Positions 50,701 through 61,014 of a DNA stretch of 64,000 bases are shown in pieces. The position numbers and the translations under genes were made by a program. The stretch lies in NCBI GenBank assembly GCA_048772705.1, contig JBLWGC010000182.1, forward strand, positions 96,482 through 160,481, in the 5' to 3' direction. The notes below the pieces were generated by a model. It made no database searches. It was not told the origin of the DNA and saw only the letters and a list, made by a program, of their open reading frames with translations. This stretch comes from Leidyana gryllorum EB-2025a. Lineage: Eukaryota; Protista; Apicomplexa. Position 1 is the stretch's first letter. Each line of letters begins with the position of its first letter.

Positions 50701-53196
50701 GTTCGGATACCCTCGACTGGCGGCCTTCACGATATCCATGGCCCCGGATGCTCGGAGTGCCTCTGCACTCTCGGCAGAGCGCTGAGCGACGAGTAACAAA
50801 CTTCTCAAACCGTGTCGTTGAATTTCTTCGTGGACGGCAGCCTTCTGTAGCAAGCTGATGACTTGCTTGGCAGTGCCCATCTTGACAAAGTCTTTGGAGA
50901 CATCAGCAGTCTTAGCTTCGAGCAACTGGGCCATACATTCCAGAACTGAAGCCAAGACTTTACGGGAATCCGGATACTTCCGCATGACACTACTGAGTCC
51001 CTCGAGGACACGCTGAGCTGCTTCATCATCCTCAAAGTTGTCGCCCGCCAAGATAGTTTGAACACATTTCAGGGAGTTCAACAGTGAATTGTCGTCCGCA
51101 CACGATTCGAATTGAAGCGCGCTCTTCATACCGGAACTCAAACAGACAGTCACCATCTTGTGAGCTATGGCGCCAGTGTTGCCGGGGACAACTTTCTGAG
51201 TAGTGGACAAACAACCGAAACACGCTTTCAGCAGCTGTTGTTGGCTGACGAAACTGGACGCTTGCAACATGTGGGTTGCGGCTTTGATCAACGACTCCTC
51301 CACTTTGAGCTCCGAGACTTTGTCACGCAATCGGTCAATGTTGACGAGACCGTTGATGGTGGCAAAGTTGTTCATTAGCTCATCCACATGGCTCTTCGGA
51401 CTGGAGCTCGACTTGACAACGGCATTGACGGCTTTAGCGAGATCATCTTCGCTCGCTGTCTGCGTCAGCAACTTGCTGCACTGATGGGTAATGGCCGAGG
51501 AGGTCTGTGTGTATTTCAAACAGAGATCCAGAACTCCCTCAGTGAGGTTAGTGGTGTTCTTGGGGTCCATGGCGCTCAGCTTTGTTAAAAGCTGAATAGC
51601 GGCCTCGCCACCGTCCAAGTCCGTCGGCTCGAGGGTGCGGATGCCTTTCAAGATGCCCGGAACCCAGCCAGGCTGCATCTCCTCCCCAAGCAGTCCATTG
51701 AGGAGCTTAAAAGTGGCACCACCGCCAGTGATGCCCTCCTGGCCTTCCAAACACTTGAGGACTTTCTGATCCACCTTCTGAGCCAAGAGATCGTTACGAA
51801 TGTTTGATTTGGCTGCAGCCATCACAGCGACTTCGCCCAAGAGAGCAATGGCGCACTCGCCTCTAACCCCCCCCTTGTCGATGGAGTCAACGCACACCTT
51901 GAGAGCCTGTTTGTCTTGGACCAGGAGGCTTCCAGTATCAGCATCGCGGTCAGTCAACTTGGCCAAGGCCTTCAGACATGCAGAGATGAGCTCCTCGTGC
52001 TCCTTCGCGGCAGTGCTCTTGGTGCCAACACGTCCCAGAATCTCTAACAAACACTTCGTGGCGCCTCTCTCCTTCAAATCCTGGCAATGGGCCGGATCGT
52101 CGGCGGCAATGGTGGCAACCATTTGAGCCGCGCCTTTGAGGGCATTCATTTGTTGGACATCGCTCATATCGAGCTTTGCCACAGCCCCCTTGAGAACATC
52201 AACGAGGGGTTTGTTACCGCCCTTATTTGCCCAATCGGTGGCAAATGACGGTACATACGAGAGTGCCGTGAGTAGACCGAGTGCCGCAAAGGACTCTGAG
52301 CCACCCCGCGACATCTTGTTGAGGACATCCTGCAGCTTGTCGGGTCCGATAAGAGTCGCGAGAACACTGCTTCCGAGTTGAGTAAATCGAGAGCTCGAGT
52401 GGTGTACTTCCATGAGCCCGATCAGCGCTTTGATGGAACGGTCGTCTTCGGTGCGAGCGTCAACGGGTATCTTCATTAGCAGCTCGACTGAATCGATAGC
52501 GAACTGAAGCCCATTGCGGTCATTGGGTGCCCGCAGCGCAACACGCTGAGCAGCTTCCAAGAGAGCCGTTGGGGCGCCACTGGCAGAAATTCGACCGATC
52601 ATCTCCTCTGAGGAGAGTCCACCAGAGAGGTAGGCGCAGAAACAGAGTCCCTGTGTGGCATTGAGATTGTTGTCGTCGAGACCCTTTACGGCCTCAGGGA
52701 CACCAGCCTCGGTACAGGTTGTGACTCCGGACTTGGTGAGGTCGGCGTAGATACTTTGGAGATGGTCCCAGGTGGCATGAGGGGCGTGAATATGTAGAGA
52801 TTGGGTGAGAAGCGCCGATACAACGCTCGCGATTCCCTGATCGACGGCTTGAGCTTTCAACAAGTCGTCAGGTTCCGTGAGAAAACTTCGACAGATACCA
52901 ACAAGCGTCTTAGCCGTAAGGCTAACAATCTCAGGATCGTTCTCATGACGGGTTAAAATTTGGTCAAATTCCAGCATCAGATCCTCTTCTATACACGTAT
53001 AACTATTGTCGACATATTGGCGGTTAGTCACAGAACAAAGATCACTCAGAGACCGTAGTCCGAAGACTAACATTCTCTTGAAATCTCTCTGAGCCTTCAC
53101 ACTGAGTATAGTTTGTCCCACATTGGGATCAGGTCGTCGGTCTCGACCTCCGCGGCGAACCGCAGATTTCGAAGACGCGAGTTGGGGGGACGACAT
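44708..53196 (-). CDS. GAC: Glideosome-associated connector (ARM repeats plus C-terminal PH domain), 4 exons, ~2780 aa
   Basis: N-terminal KRMLVFGLRSLSDLC, long ARM array, NACLALGNL, YPNGVQDLP..IRRGGK..WKSSTDL..IPMGRVR..PEGAEM..EWQVA. Introns 47127-47177, 45032-45082, 44857-44900. Confidence 0.9.
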
Positions 53197-53285
53197 TATT
53201 AAAACAGACAAAAAGTGATCAAATGAATGGTTCGTCAAGTCCTAAGTGTTTCAGAGACACCGTCTCCAGCCATCTGAAAAACTTT

Positions 53286-56200
53286 TTATTGGAATCGCTT
53301 CTCCTGAAGATGCTCGAAGCCCATTCTGATTCTCCAGTTTTGCGCTTGCTGTATTGTGAAAAGCCTATTGAATGAGGGAGTTTTCTCTTCTTCCTCTACT
53401 TGGTATGCTTTTATCGTCGTGTTATGTGGACTTTCGTTCGTAAACCGCCACAAGTTCTCCGTGAATGAGACAGTGGGGTTGTCGTCGACCTTGAATAACT
53501 CGCGGGTGTCCGTAATGTCGCCGCAAATCTTGAGATTTGCTTTCCTCTGTCTCTCGAGTTCTGCCTCGACCTCCTTTTCGTGCTCCCCAACCTCTGTGCT
53601 GCTCTCAATCCCTTTGCTGCCGTTGGTTTCTTCGCTCTCGAGGGCGTTCTGGCTTTCGTTATTATCTATGGCCGACTTGGTGGTGGTAACAGATCGCTGC
53701 TTGACCTGTGTGTGCGGCTGTGGATCGAAAGACCAGTCCTCTTGAGTTGGACATCTGTGGTGGTTGATGGCACTCTTGAACACCGGAACGGTGGTGATGA
53801 GTTCTGCCGCTGGCTCCTTCGTTGCGAAATACTCCTGCAACACGGTGTTTATCTGGCTTTCCCAAAACTTGTGCTCTTCGATGATGAGTTGAGCGTCCAG
53901 TCGCCTCCGCATTGGTCCGAGGTACTTGGCGACGTCTTGCTCGATCTTATCCTTTTTCGGACGGTATCCTGAGGTGGGTTTGAGCCCTTCCAGAAGGAGC
54001 TCCGTGATCTTTTGCGGACAGATCGGTATCTCGATACTTGCGGATCCATCTGCATTATGCATATTGCACGTCTTCATGTCCTCGGAAATTGCAGCTTTCA
54101 ATCTGTCAAAGTCGAAGAGCTTGTGAAAGTGGACGCACAAATCTCGCAACATCGGCAAATAGTCGGACTGCTGGAGCACCTCGTTCGCGCACAACTCGTC
54201 TGTGTACTCTTGGAAAGTCTTGGATTCCCCCAACATTTTGTCGATCGCGCCCCTCATGGAGATAAAATCGCGGATGATCTTGTTGATCCGGGGTCGCAGT
54301 TCCGGCCGGACATTGTCGTGAATGAAAGATTCAATCTCGGCGTCGAATTCCTCCTTGTCTGGCAACAAACGACACAAACCTCCTACGAGCCCTTCGTAGG
54401 GAAGCTTGTGGAATGGAGCCATCAATCGGCCTGGTATGCCTGCAACTGGTGTCGAGGGCGGCGCATCACCATTCGTGTGCTGTCCATCCGAGTCGATGGG
54501 AAGACTGAGAGTTTGGTAGATGCAGATCGGTTTGGTCGGCCACCCAACTTCGCAAAGCACCCAGCAATTGGAGATGTCCTCCACATCGGTTGCCCCAGAG
54601 GGTCGCTGACTTTTGTATTCTTCATTCTCGGCAGCCGATTTGTCGACTTGTAATCCTCGAATGAGCATAAACTTCTTGCCGGTGGGGAGGACAAAGTTAA
54701 TGACGGAATGGCCCTCTATCGTTTCGAGTGTCGCATCCAGAAACCGCGGCCGGAAGAGGTGAGGGGAGAGGAAGTCGGACACACCCTGGAAGTCCAACGC
54801 ATAACGCGCGGCCAACTCTTTCTCAGCGAACGAAGGCTTGACTGCAAGAGAGTTGATGTGCCAATACTGTGGACGATTGAACTGCAACCATTCCGAGGGT
54901 TTCACAGTCGTAGGCCCCACTGGCACCGGATTGGACAACTTAGCCCTGTCCAACTTTTTCAATTTCAGTGGGTCCTTCACCCAATCAGTGTTCGTCGAAG
55001 CGTCCACTTTTCCTTTCCTTTTCAACTGGATCAGTTCGGCCTTCCATTCCTCAATCTGTTCCGGACTCCACTGCTCGTGGGAAGTGTCTACTATCTCTTT
55101 CACTTTGGGCTTCTCGAGGATCATCCGGCCGCTTTTTTTCGATCGCTTCCCCTTACTTTGAGTTGCAGCATCCTGTGTCGCAGGCGTCTGTTTAATCGTC
55201 TGACTTCCGGCCGTCGGGTCCACCACGGCTTGAAGATTGCTCGCTACGGACTCTTCTTCTGTTCCAGTTCCCTTCTGCGAGGTCGGGGTGATGATAGTTT
55301 TACCTTCTGTGACGAGAGAGTCTTTCACAACATACTCAGTGCCCCGGTCTGTCTTTTGTCCTGGATTGTAGGACAGCACTTTATAAACACCGAGTCGCTG
55401 CTCGAGTTCCACAACGCGTGGCCGCACCCTCGCGGTAGTCTCGTGAACTACTTTTCCCAATGGGGAGTTTCCGAGACTTTCTCCTCCTTTCGTCCCCGAT
55501 TTTGCCAAATGATTATTCACCAAATTCCGTAAAGTCTGACTCATCATCTCGGGCGCAAAAGTCGTCTCTTTTGGCTCAACAACATTGAGAGCCTCAACTT
55601 CCTCCTTTGTCTTCTCGGGTTCGTACTTCCAGTTTACTACTCGCAGCATCCTGTCCAAATCACTCTCACTGATCTGCCTCACGAGATCAAGTTCCACACC
55701 CGTTTTGGCCGCCACATATTCACGAGTGTTTGCCGTTCTCTCCTCCTCGAGTACCTGAAGGACAATTTTCCCCAAGTTGTGAGATGGTGCTGGGAGACAC
55801 CCGGTGCTGAAGATCCGTTCGACCATCAGATCACCGATCGCAACAGCGGGCGTGTTGTTGTCCTTCTCACTTGACGCAGCACGCTTGTCTCCTGTCGCTG
55901 CACAGCTCGTCCTGTTGATGTCTCCGGCGCTGGTGATCTGCTCTGCCGTCTCATCACTGCAAGTCTCGAGGGTGGCAGTCGTAGCTGTGGTCTTTTCAGC
56001 ATCAATGACTGACCCTTTGCTAACCGGGGGGGTGTGGGTCATTTTGTAGCCTCCGTAGTAGTGCAAAAACTCCTCGACGGTCGGATACTTCTCGCAGTCG
56101 ACGGCACTGAGATAGACTGGCAGTGCCTTGGAGTCTGCTTCTTTCTCATCTTTGCTTAGAAGAACTTGATCGCCTTTGACCTCGGAGTGTTTTCCCTCAC

Positions 56201-57479
56201 TCTCGTGTGGCGGAAGACTGAGAGTTTTAAAAGCGCAAATGGCGGTGAGTTCAGCTTTGCGATGGCCGTATTCGTCGGTGTAACCATCGCACTGACGACA
56301 CAAAACCCAATCTCGGTGATCCAAGTTAGCGGTAACTTCTGCCGCACGGGAGAATGTGAACGGGTCGGAAGATCTGTCTTTGGAGTCGATCAATCCGCGC
56401 AGATTGCGAACGAGCCAAAACACGGTGTCGCTTCCAGCGCATTTGAATTTGAAAATGACTCTGCCTTCTTGTGCTGTGAATTCCGACATTTCCAGACTCG
56501 GCCAGTCGCTGCTGTCATCCAAACGCACCAGCATTCCGTGTACGTCAACCATGTCTCTGGCGCACGCATGAAAGGAACACATTGGGTCTTTCGACTTGGC
56601 GCTTTCATATGGTGCCCCCGACAAACGCCACGAGGGCAGTCGGCTCGCAACGGTCTCGCGCGGATACTTGAGTAAGTTTCGCAGATTAATCTGGAATGGA
56701 GCCTTAAGGTAGAGCGGGCCCAGTGAAGCATTGACGATCCACGCTGGCAGTGGGCTATGGGAGAGCGGCTTCGCGGTATAATCACCCGATAGGGATACCA
56801 TGTCACGTCCGGTGGCACAGTCTTCTAAAACGACCGGAACACAGTAGTGCTCATTGGGATTGTCAGACTTGAGAAATACCTCGCACACCATCTTTTTGGG
56901 TGCCGGTGTCTCCCATGTGTGAACTCGTTTGATGGTGGTCACCAGGAAGGGGTGGTAAATATGCTGCAAATTCTCACCTCCCGCACACTTACGATAATCC
57001 TCAAAGTATCGGCCATATCGCAGAGCCGACTTCTCAACAAACTCCTGGAATGAGGTGGGAAACTCATTTTGCAGCCACCACTTTGAAGGTTGTGATTTGT
57101 CCGATCCGATGATCTTCTCATCTAACTCCTCTGTCAACTTGGCGACCAATGCACCGGGCTCTTGATGTTCGCTGTATCTGGCGACCCATTCCGCCAAGAG
57201 CCGATTGGCCTCCGGGAGTCTGATGTCCAACGCGCCACCGACTGGCTGCCTGTTGTATCTGGGATGCTCGACCACTTGAGACGCATCGACGGTTGCGAGG
57301 GCAGTATTATGCACCAGATTGCATGATGCGATCAGGCCATAGCACCACTCCCGAAGTCGCGGCTTTGATGTCTCCTCGGACATCACCGACCGATTGTGCC
57401 GACTGCTCTGACCTGCACTACCGCTAACGTTACGGGAACGTCTCATTCGGTTGGATACTGAAGAAGGAGTGGTTGGCAT
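53286..57479 (-). CDS. Large hypothetical protein (~1400 aa) with two copies of an unrecognised TLSLP-ending module
   Basis: Uninterrupted 1420-codon frame; first ATG at 57479. Confidence 0.8.
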   Translation of the reverse strand: MPTTPSSVSNRMRRSRNVSGSAGQSSRHNRSVMSEETSKPRLREWCYGLIASCNLVHNTALATVDASQVVEHPRYNRQPVGGALDIRLPEANRLLAEWVARYSEHQEPGALVAKLTEELDEKIIGSDKSQPSKWWLQNEFPTSFQEFVEKSALRYGRYFEDYRKCAGGENLQHIYHPFLVTTIKRVHTWETPAPKKMVCEVFLKSDNPNEHYCVPVVLEDCATGRDMVSLSGDYTAKPLSHSPLPAWIVNASLGPLYLKAPFQINLRNLLKYPRETVASRLPSWRLSGAPYESAKSKDPMCSFHACARDMVDVHGMLVRLDDSSDWPSLEMSEFTAQEGRVIFKFKCAGSDTVFWLVRNLRGLIDSKDRSSDPFTFSRAAEVTANLDHRDWVLCRQCDGYTDEYGHRKAELTAICAFKTLSLPPHESEGKHSEVKGDQVLLSKDEKEADSKALPVYLSAVDCEKYPTVEEFLHYYGGYKMTHTPPVSKGSVIDAEKTTATTATLETCSDETAEQITSAGDINRTSCAATGDKRAASSEKDNNTPAVAIGDLMVERIFSTGCLPAPSHNLGKIVLQVLEEERTANTREYVAAKTGVELDLVRQISESDLDRMLRVVNWKYEPEKTKEEVEALNVVEPKETTFAPEMMSQTLRNLVNNHLAKSGTKGGESLGNSPLGKVVHETTARVRPRVVELEQRLGVYKVLSYNPGQKTDRGTEYVVKDSLVTEGKTIITPTSQKGTGTEEESVASNLQAVVDPTAGSQTIKQTPATQDAATQSKGKRSKKSGRMILEKPKVKEIVDTSHEQWSPEQIEEWKAELIQLKRKGKVDASTNTDWVKDPLKLKKLDRAKLSNPVPVGPTTVKPSEWLQFNRPQYWHINSLAVKPSFAEKELAARYALDFQGVSDFLSPHLFRPRFLDATLETIEGHSVINFVLPTGKKFMLIRGLQVDKSAAENEEYKSQRPSGATDVEDISNCWVLCEVGWPTKPICIYQTLSLPIDSDGQHTNGDAPPSTPVAGIPGRLMAPFHKLPYEGLVGGLCRLLPDKEEFDAEIESFIHDNVRPELRPRINKIIRDFISMRGAIDKMLGESKTFQEYTDELCANEVLQQSDYLPMLRDLCVHFHKLFDFDRLKAAISEDMKTCNMHNADGSASIEIPICPQKITELLLEGLKPTSGYRPKKDKIEQDVAKYLGPMRRRLDAQLIIEEHKFWESQINTVLQEYFATKEPAAELITTVPVFKSAINHHRCPTQEDWSFDPQPHTQVKQRSVTTTKSAIDNNESQNALESEETNGSKGIESSTEVGEHEKEVEAELERQRKANLKICGDITDTRELFKVDDNPTVSFTENLWRFTNESPHNTTIKAYQVEEEEKTPSFNRLFTIQQAQNWRIRMGFEHLQEKRFQ

Positions 57480-57544
57480 CGGACTATTCACAAAACTTTC
57501 AATGGCAATATTTTTGCTCCTACTTGGCGTTACAAGTACAGTGA

Positions 57545-59311
57545 TCACAAAAGTTTAAGATCTGTCGGGTACTGAGACTGGTCCAAAATGCTACGATGGA
57601 CCGGAATTTGTCGTCCATTGATATTGATCGTCTTGATTTCCGATCCTTCAGATTGTCGGAAGGAAGGCGGCAAACTGAGGGTTTCATAGACACAGAGTGC
57701 TTTCCCCTCGACGCACAGGCCGACGGCAGAATTCGAGTCGTCATTGTCATTACGACTCTCTGTAATGGCATCGTCGGATTGAGTCGTCTCCAGGAGTGTT
57801 TCAGAGGCCTGGTTCACAGCCGTCTCCGCCGATTCCAATGGTACTAAATTCTGGTCCTTATTGCCGCTCTCGCCAAGGTCGCTTAATACCCACCAATTGA
57901 TGGGGAGATCGCTCTTTGGCACGACGTATTTGTCGAGTGTTGGCAGCTTGATGCCCCCCTCGCACAGTTCGGGTCGTTCCTCTATACCTTTCTCACATAC
58001 TTCCACTTGACGTTGATATTCTTGGCCGAAACGCTTCTTGTCTGCAATCGACCTGTTAACCAAATCACCGGGGGACCAGTTGGATGAGAAGATTGTGGCT
58101 CGAAAATCGCCGTCGTGATCGGATTCCGCTTTCACGAGCCCGGCTGGGTTCCGAGTCAAGGCGTATTGCCGACCGTCCTTGGTGTATTTGATTACCGTCT
58201 TGCCCTCAAAAGCAGCTACTTGAACGTTTTTCACTCCGGAAGTGTCACCAAATGCCCCGGCAAAGTTGACCAAGTCGGTGGCTAAGCCTTGATAGGACGC
58301 TACAGCTTGACCGACACCTTTCCACTGACATGGCGCGGGGCAAAGAGGCTTGTCGGAGGGTTCAAAGTCGAGCGTCCGCAGTTTGTGACCAACATGCGCC
58401 CGCCTGATGTGATTCAGGAACTTTGTCTTGTCTGCTTTCAAAGACTGGAACATCACCGGAACTTCATTGCTTGAATTCTCATCATCCCCGTGAGGAGAGA
58501 CAACAACATGACAGGCCAAGAAACTCTCGGTATGTTGCAGCTTCTTGAATCTACCAGCTACCTCAGGGTCGGGCACTACTTCGTGGTACGACCTGCAAAC
58601 CATGAACGGCAGCTGAGACCCGGTGGTGGTTCTGCGGGTCTCAAACATCTTGTTGAACTTCTCCAATGTGTACGGTATGATCTCTTTGGTTTTGTGTTGG
58701 AGTCTCTCGCTGACCGTCCTTGCATCATCCCTCCAGACATCGTAATCTTCGAACTCTCGGTAAACATTGAGCAACTTGGGGTTATCCAGCAATTCGCCCA
58801 GTGATCTGTATTTGGAAGCGTCGCTCTCAAACAGTCCCTCCATACTCGCCCTAACTAACTTCTCGTAGTTGGCTTGTTGATGCTCGCTTAGCTGCGGGTG
58901 GAAGCAGCCCAACGCCAACCAGCGATCTCGAACTGCGGCCGCTATTGGAGTGAGAGTCTGCTGAGGCGTTTTGATGGAACACCAATCCGAGCCCTCCGTC
59001 GGCTCCTCGTACGATATCACCCCGTCTGTCCACAGCTGCGTCCACACTGGGTGATTTCGTGCGACAAACTGGCTCTGTTTCGCCTTTTTGTTTTTCTTCC
59101 GACTCCCGCCCCCCTGGGCCTCATCGAGAGCAGCCGCAACAGGGACGCCATTCGTTGCCAAACGCAGTGCCTCCCCGACCAACCACAGCGGACTGGGGAG
59201 ATGAGAGTGACCTGTGGAAGGGAGGGATAGACCGACACACTTCATTTTTTTTTCTACTAACCCTACAAATATCTCAGGCGATGATTGTCGTTGAAAAAGA
59301 AGAGAACGCAT
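57545..59311 (-). CDS. Hypothetical protein (~570-590 aa), paralog of the adjacent large ORF
   Basis: Uninterrupted 588-codon frame; start at ATG 59311 or the A-rich-context ATG 59245. Confidence 0.78.
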   Translation of the reverse strand: MRSLLFQRQSSPEIFVGLVEKKMKCVGLSLPSTGHSHLPSPLWLVGEALRLATNGVPVAAALDEAQGGGSRKKNKKAKQSQFVARNHPVWTQLWTDGVISYEEPTEGSDWCSIKTPQQTLTPIAAAVRDRWLALGCFHPQLSEHQQANYEKLVRASMEGLFESDASKYRSLGELLDNPKLLNVYREFEDYDVWRDDARTVSERLQHKTKEIIPYTLEKFNKMFETRRTTTGSQLPFMVCRSYHEVVPDPEVAGRFKKLQHTESFLACHVVVSPHGDDENSSNEVPVMFQSLKADKTKFLNHIRRAHVGHKLRTLDFEPSDKPLCPAPCQWKGVGQAVASYQGLATDLVNFAGAFGDTSGVKNVQVAAFEGKTVIKYTKDGRQYALTRNPAGLVKAESDHDGDFRATIFSSNWSPGDLVNRSIADKKRFGQEYQRQVEVCEKGIEERPELCEGGIKLPTLDKYVVPKSDLPINWWVLSDLGESGNKDQNLVPLESAETAVNQASETLLETTQSDDAITESRNDNDDSNSAVGLCVEGKALCVYETLSLPPSFRQSEGSEIKTININGRQIPVHRSILDQSQYPTDLKLL

Positions 59312-59425
59312 CGAGAAGTGGACTCAATGGAAAGCAGAATGTACGTATAGTGGAAAGGATATCCACAATGGTCCCACCTTGACCAACTGTCGGCTGGTGG
59401 CCTTGGAATTTTTGTGGACTCTACG

Positions 59426-60712
59426 ATGGTATTCCTCAGGGTGCAACCCCGCCGGCAAATGGACTCTGTGGCGGCCTTATGGACCGTTGTTTCAGACTTC
59501 ATATGGCCTGCGGTGGATTCCCCTTTGACCGAAGTGGATACATGTCCTGCCTGCCCAGAGGGCCCGATCTCGGAGGACATGATAGGCATGTTACCGAGGC
59601 AAGAACAACTGTTTGCCGATCTCTGTACAAAGCGCTTTCGGATCGATGGAGTCAAAGGGTCCTTCAGGGCCACATACAGAAAGTTCGACGATCCGAATTT
59701 TTTCCGCATCACCAATGTTGCCGCCTCTGAGGAATGGGGTTTCCGGTTGAATCCATCTCAATCCGTCAAAGAGCCTCTTTGCCTGGAGGTTGCCTTTCGT
59801 GCACATCTTAATTCTTGGCTGCGCTTCACCGTCACGTCTGGGAGCAGTGACACAGGCCATTTTAACCGACAAAGTCTGCTGGACACCACGAGAGTCGGAA
59901 GATGGCTCGCAGCCTCACACTTGTGGGTCAAAAAGAATCTTCACATTGTCCTCAGCCGAGATGCTCACGACACAAAAGTGAAGGCGCTGATTTATTCGGA
60001 AAAAGGCGAATTGGAGAGGCCCATCGCGGCGCTGCACATTCCTCTCGAGCGAAATTCCGCTTCTTGTGATAAGACGAAAGTGGCGAATCTGATCTTCTTC
60101 GAAAAGACTGTCGATCTCTCCACATCGATTTCTCAACTCCTCCATCGGAACAGTCCAAATATTCAATGGAAGGAGACGGACAATCTGACTGAGATACGAA
60201 ATACAATGACAGGCCATACTCTATGCTGCACTTTCTCCAAGCGCCCTTTTGAACGGTCCCCGAGGTACTCGCCCGGCAGACGAGCCCAGTCTCCATCTGG
60301 CCACCTTAGAGCCGTCTCCTTTTCATTGGAGGATACACAGCAGGAGGCGAACGAAGTCGAGTTGGGTGGGACGCTTGATAGCTCTTCGGCTAAGAGTGAC
60401 TCCGAGGATCTCGGCGAGAGTATCGACGGCAACAGAGAATGGTATCAGTGTCTGGCCGGGCTGCTGCGAAACAAATTGCCGTTTTCGGGCCGATGGGCCA
60501 TTAGATCACTTCCCAAAAGTGGGAAGAATTCTTCACCCCTAATACTGGAAACAGTCTCAGATCGGGAAAGTGACACTCAACAGCGAAGGTATGAGAATTT
60601 CGGAAACCAACCTGGTGTCTACTCCATGACTCGAGTAGTGCTACCGAACAACAAAGTTTTACTCAGACTTGTTGTGTACGGTAGCCCAGAGCACGAGGTT
60701 GTGACACCATGA
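59426..60712 (+). CDS. Hypothetical protein (~430 aa)
   Basis: Uninterrupted 432-codon frame with no competing long ORF; no recognised motif. Confidence 0.7.
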   Translation: MVFLRVQPRRQMDSVAALWTVVSDFIWPAVDSPLTEVDTCPACPEGPISEDMIGMLPRQEQLFADLCTKRFRIDGVKGSFRATYRKFDDPNFFRITNVAASEEWGFRLNPSQSVKEPLCLEVAFRAHLNSWLRFTVTSGSSDTGHFNRQSLLDTTRVGRWLAASHLWVKKNLHIVLSRDAHDTKVKALIYSEKGELERPIAALHIPLERNSASCDKTKVANLIFFEKTVDLSTSISQLLHRNSPNIQWKETDNLTEIRNTMTGHTLCCTFSKRPFERSPRYSPGRRAQSPSGHLRAVSFSLEDTQQEANEVELGGTLDSSSAKSDSEDLGESIDGNREWYQCLAGLLRNKLPFSGRWAIRSLPKSGKNSSPLILETVSDRESDTQQRRYENFGNQPGVYSMTRVVLPNNKVLLRLVVYGSPEHEVVTP

Positions 60713-61014
60713 TATTGGAACCCGTCCCCGTCCACACCCACACACCACTCGCGAGACGAAACAGCCGGCTAGTCCAGTACAGCACTGCGAGCTGTCAAAC
60801 ACCGACTCCGAAAGGCTACGCAAGACGAGTGAGCCTTTCTTCTGGCGGGTTATATGCGAGACATGGTGATACGAAGAGTGCAGTGTCTCCTCATGAATTA
60901 CATTTCTTTCGAAACAGATCAATATTGCTGTGGGGCTTCAGTGAGATTTTCTGTTTCGTTCTCATTCGACAGTTTGAGGAGTGCATCAGTAGAAAATTTC
61001 AAACATTAAAGAGG

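Noticed and set aside
57540-57560. Programmed -1 frameshift joining the 588-aa and 1420-aa ORFs
   Set aside because: No correctly phased X XXY YYZ slippery heptamer; splicing or separate genes are simpler.
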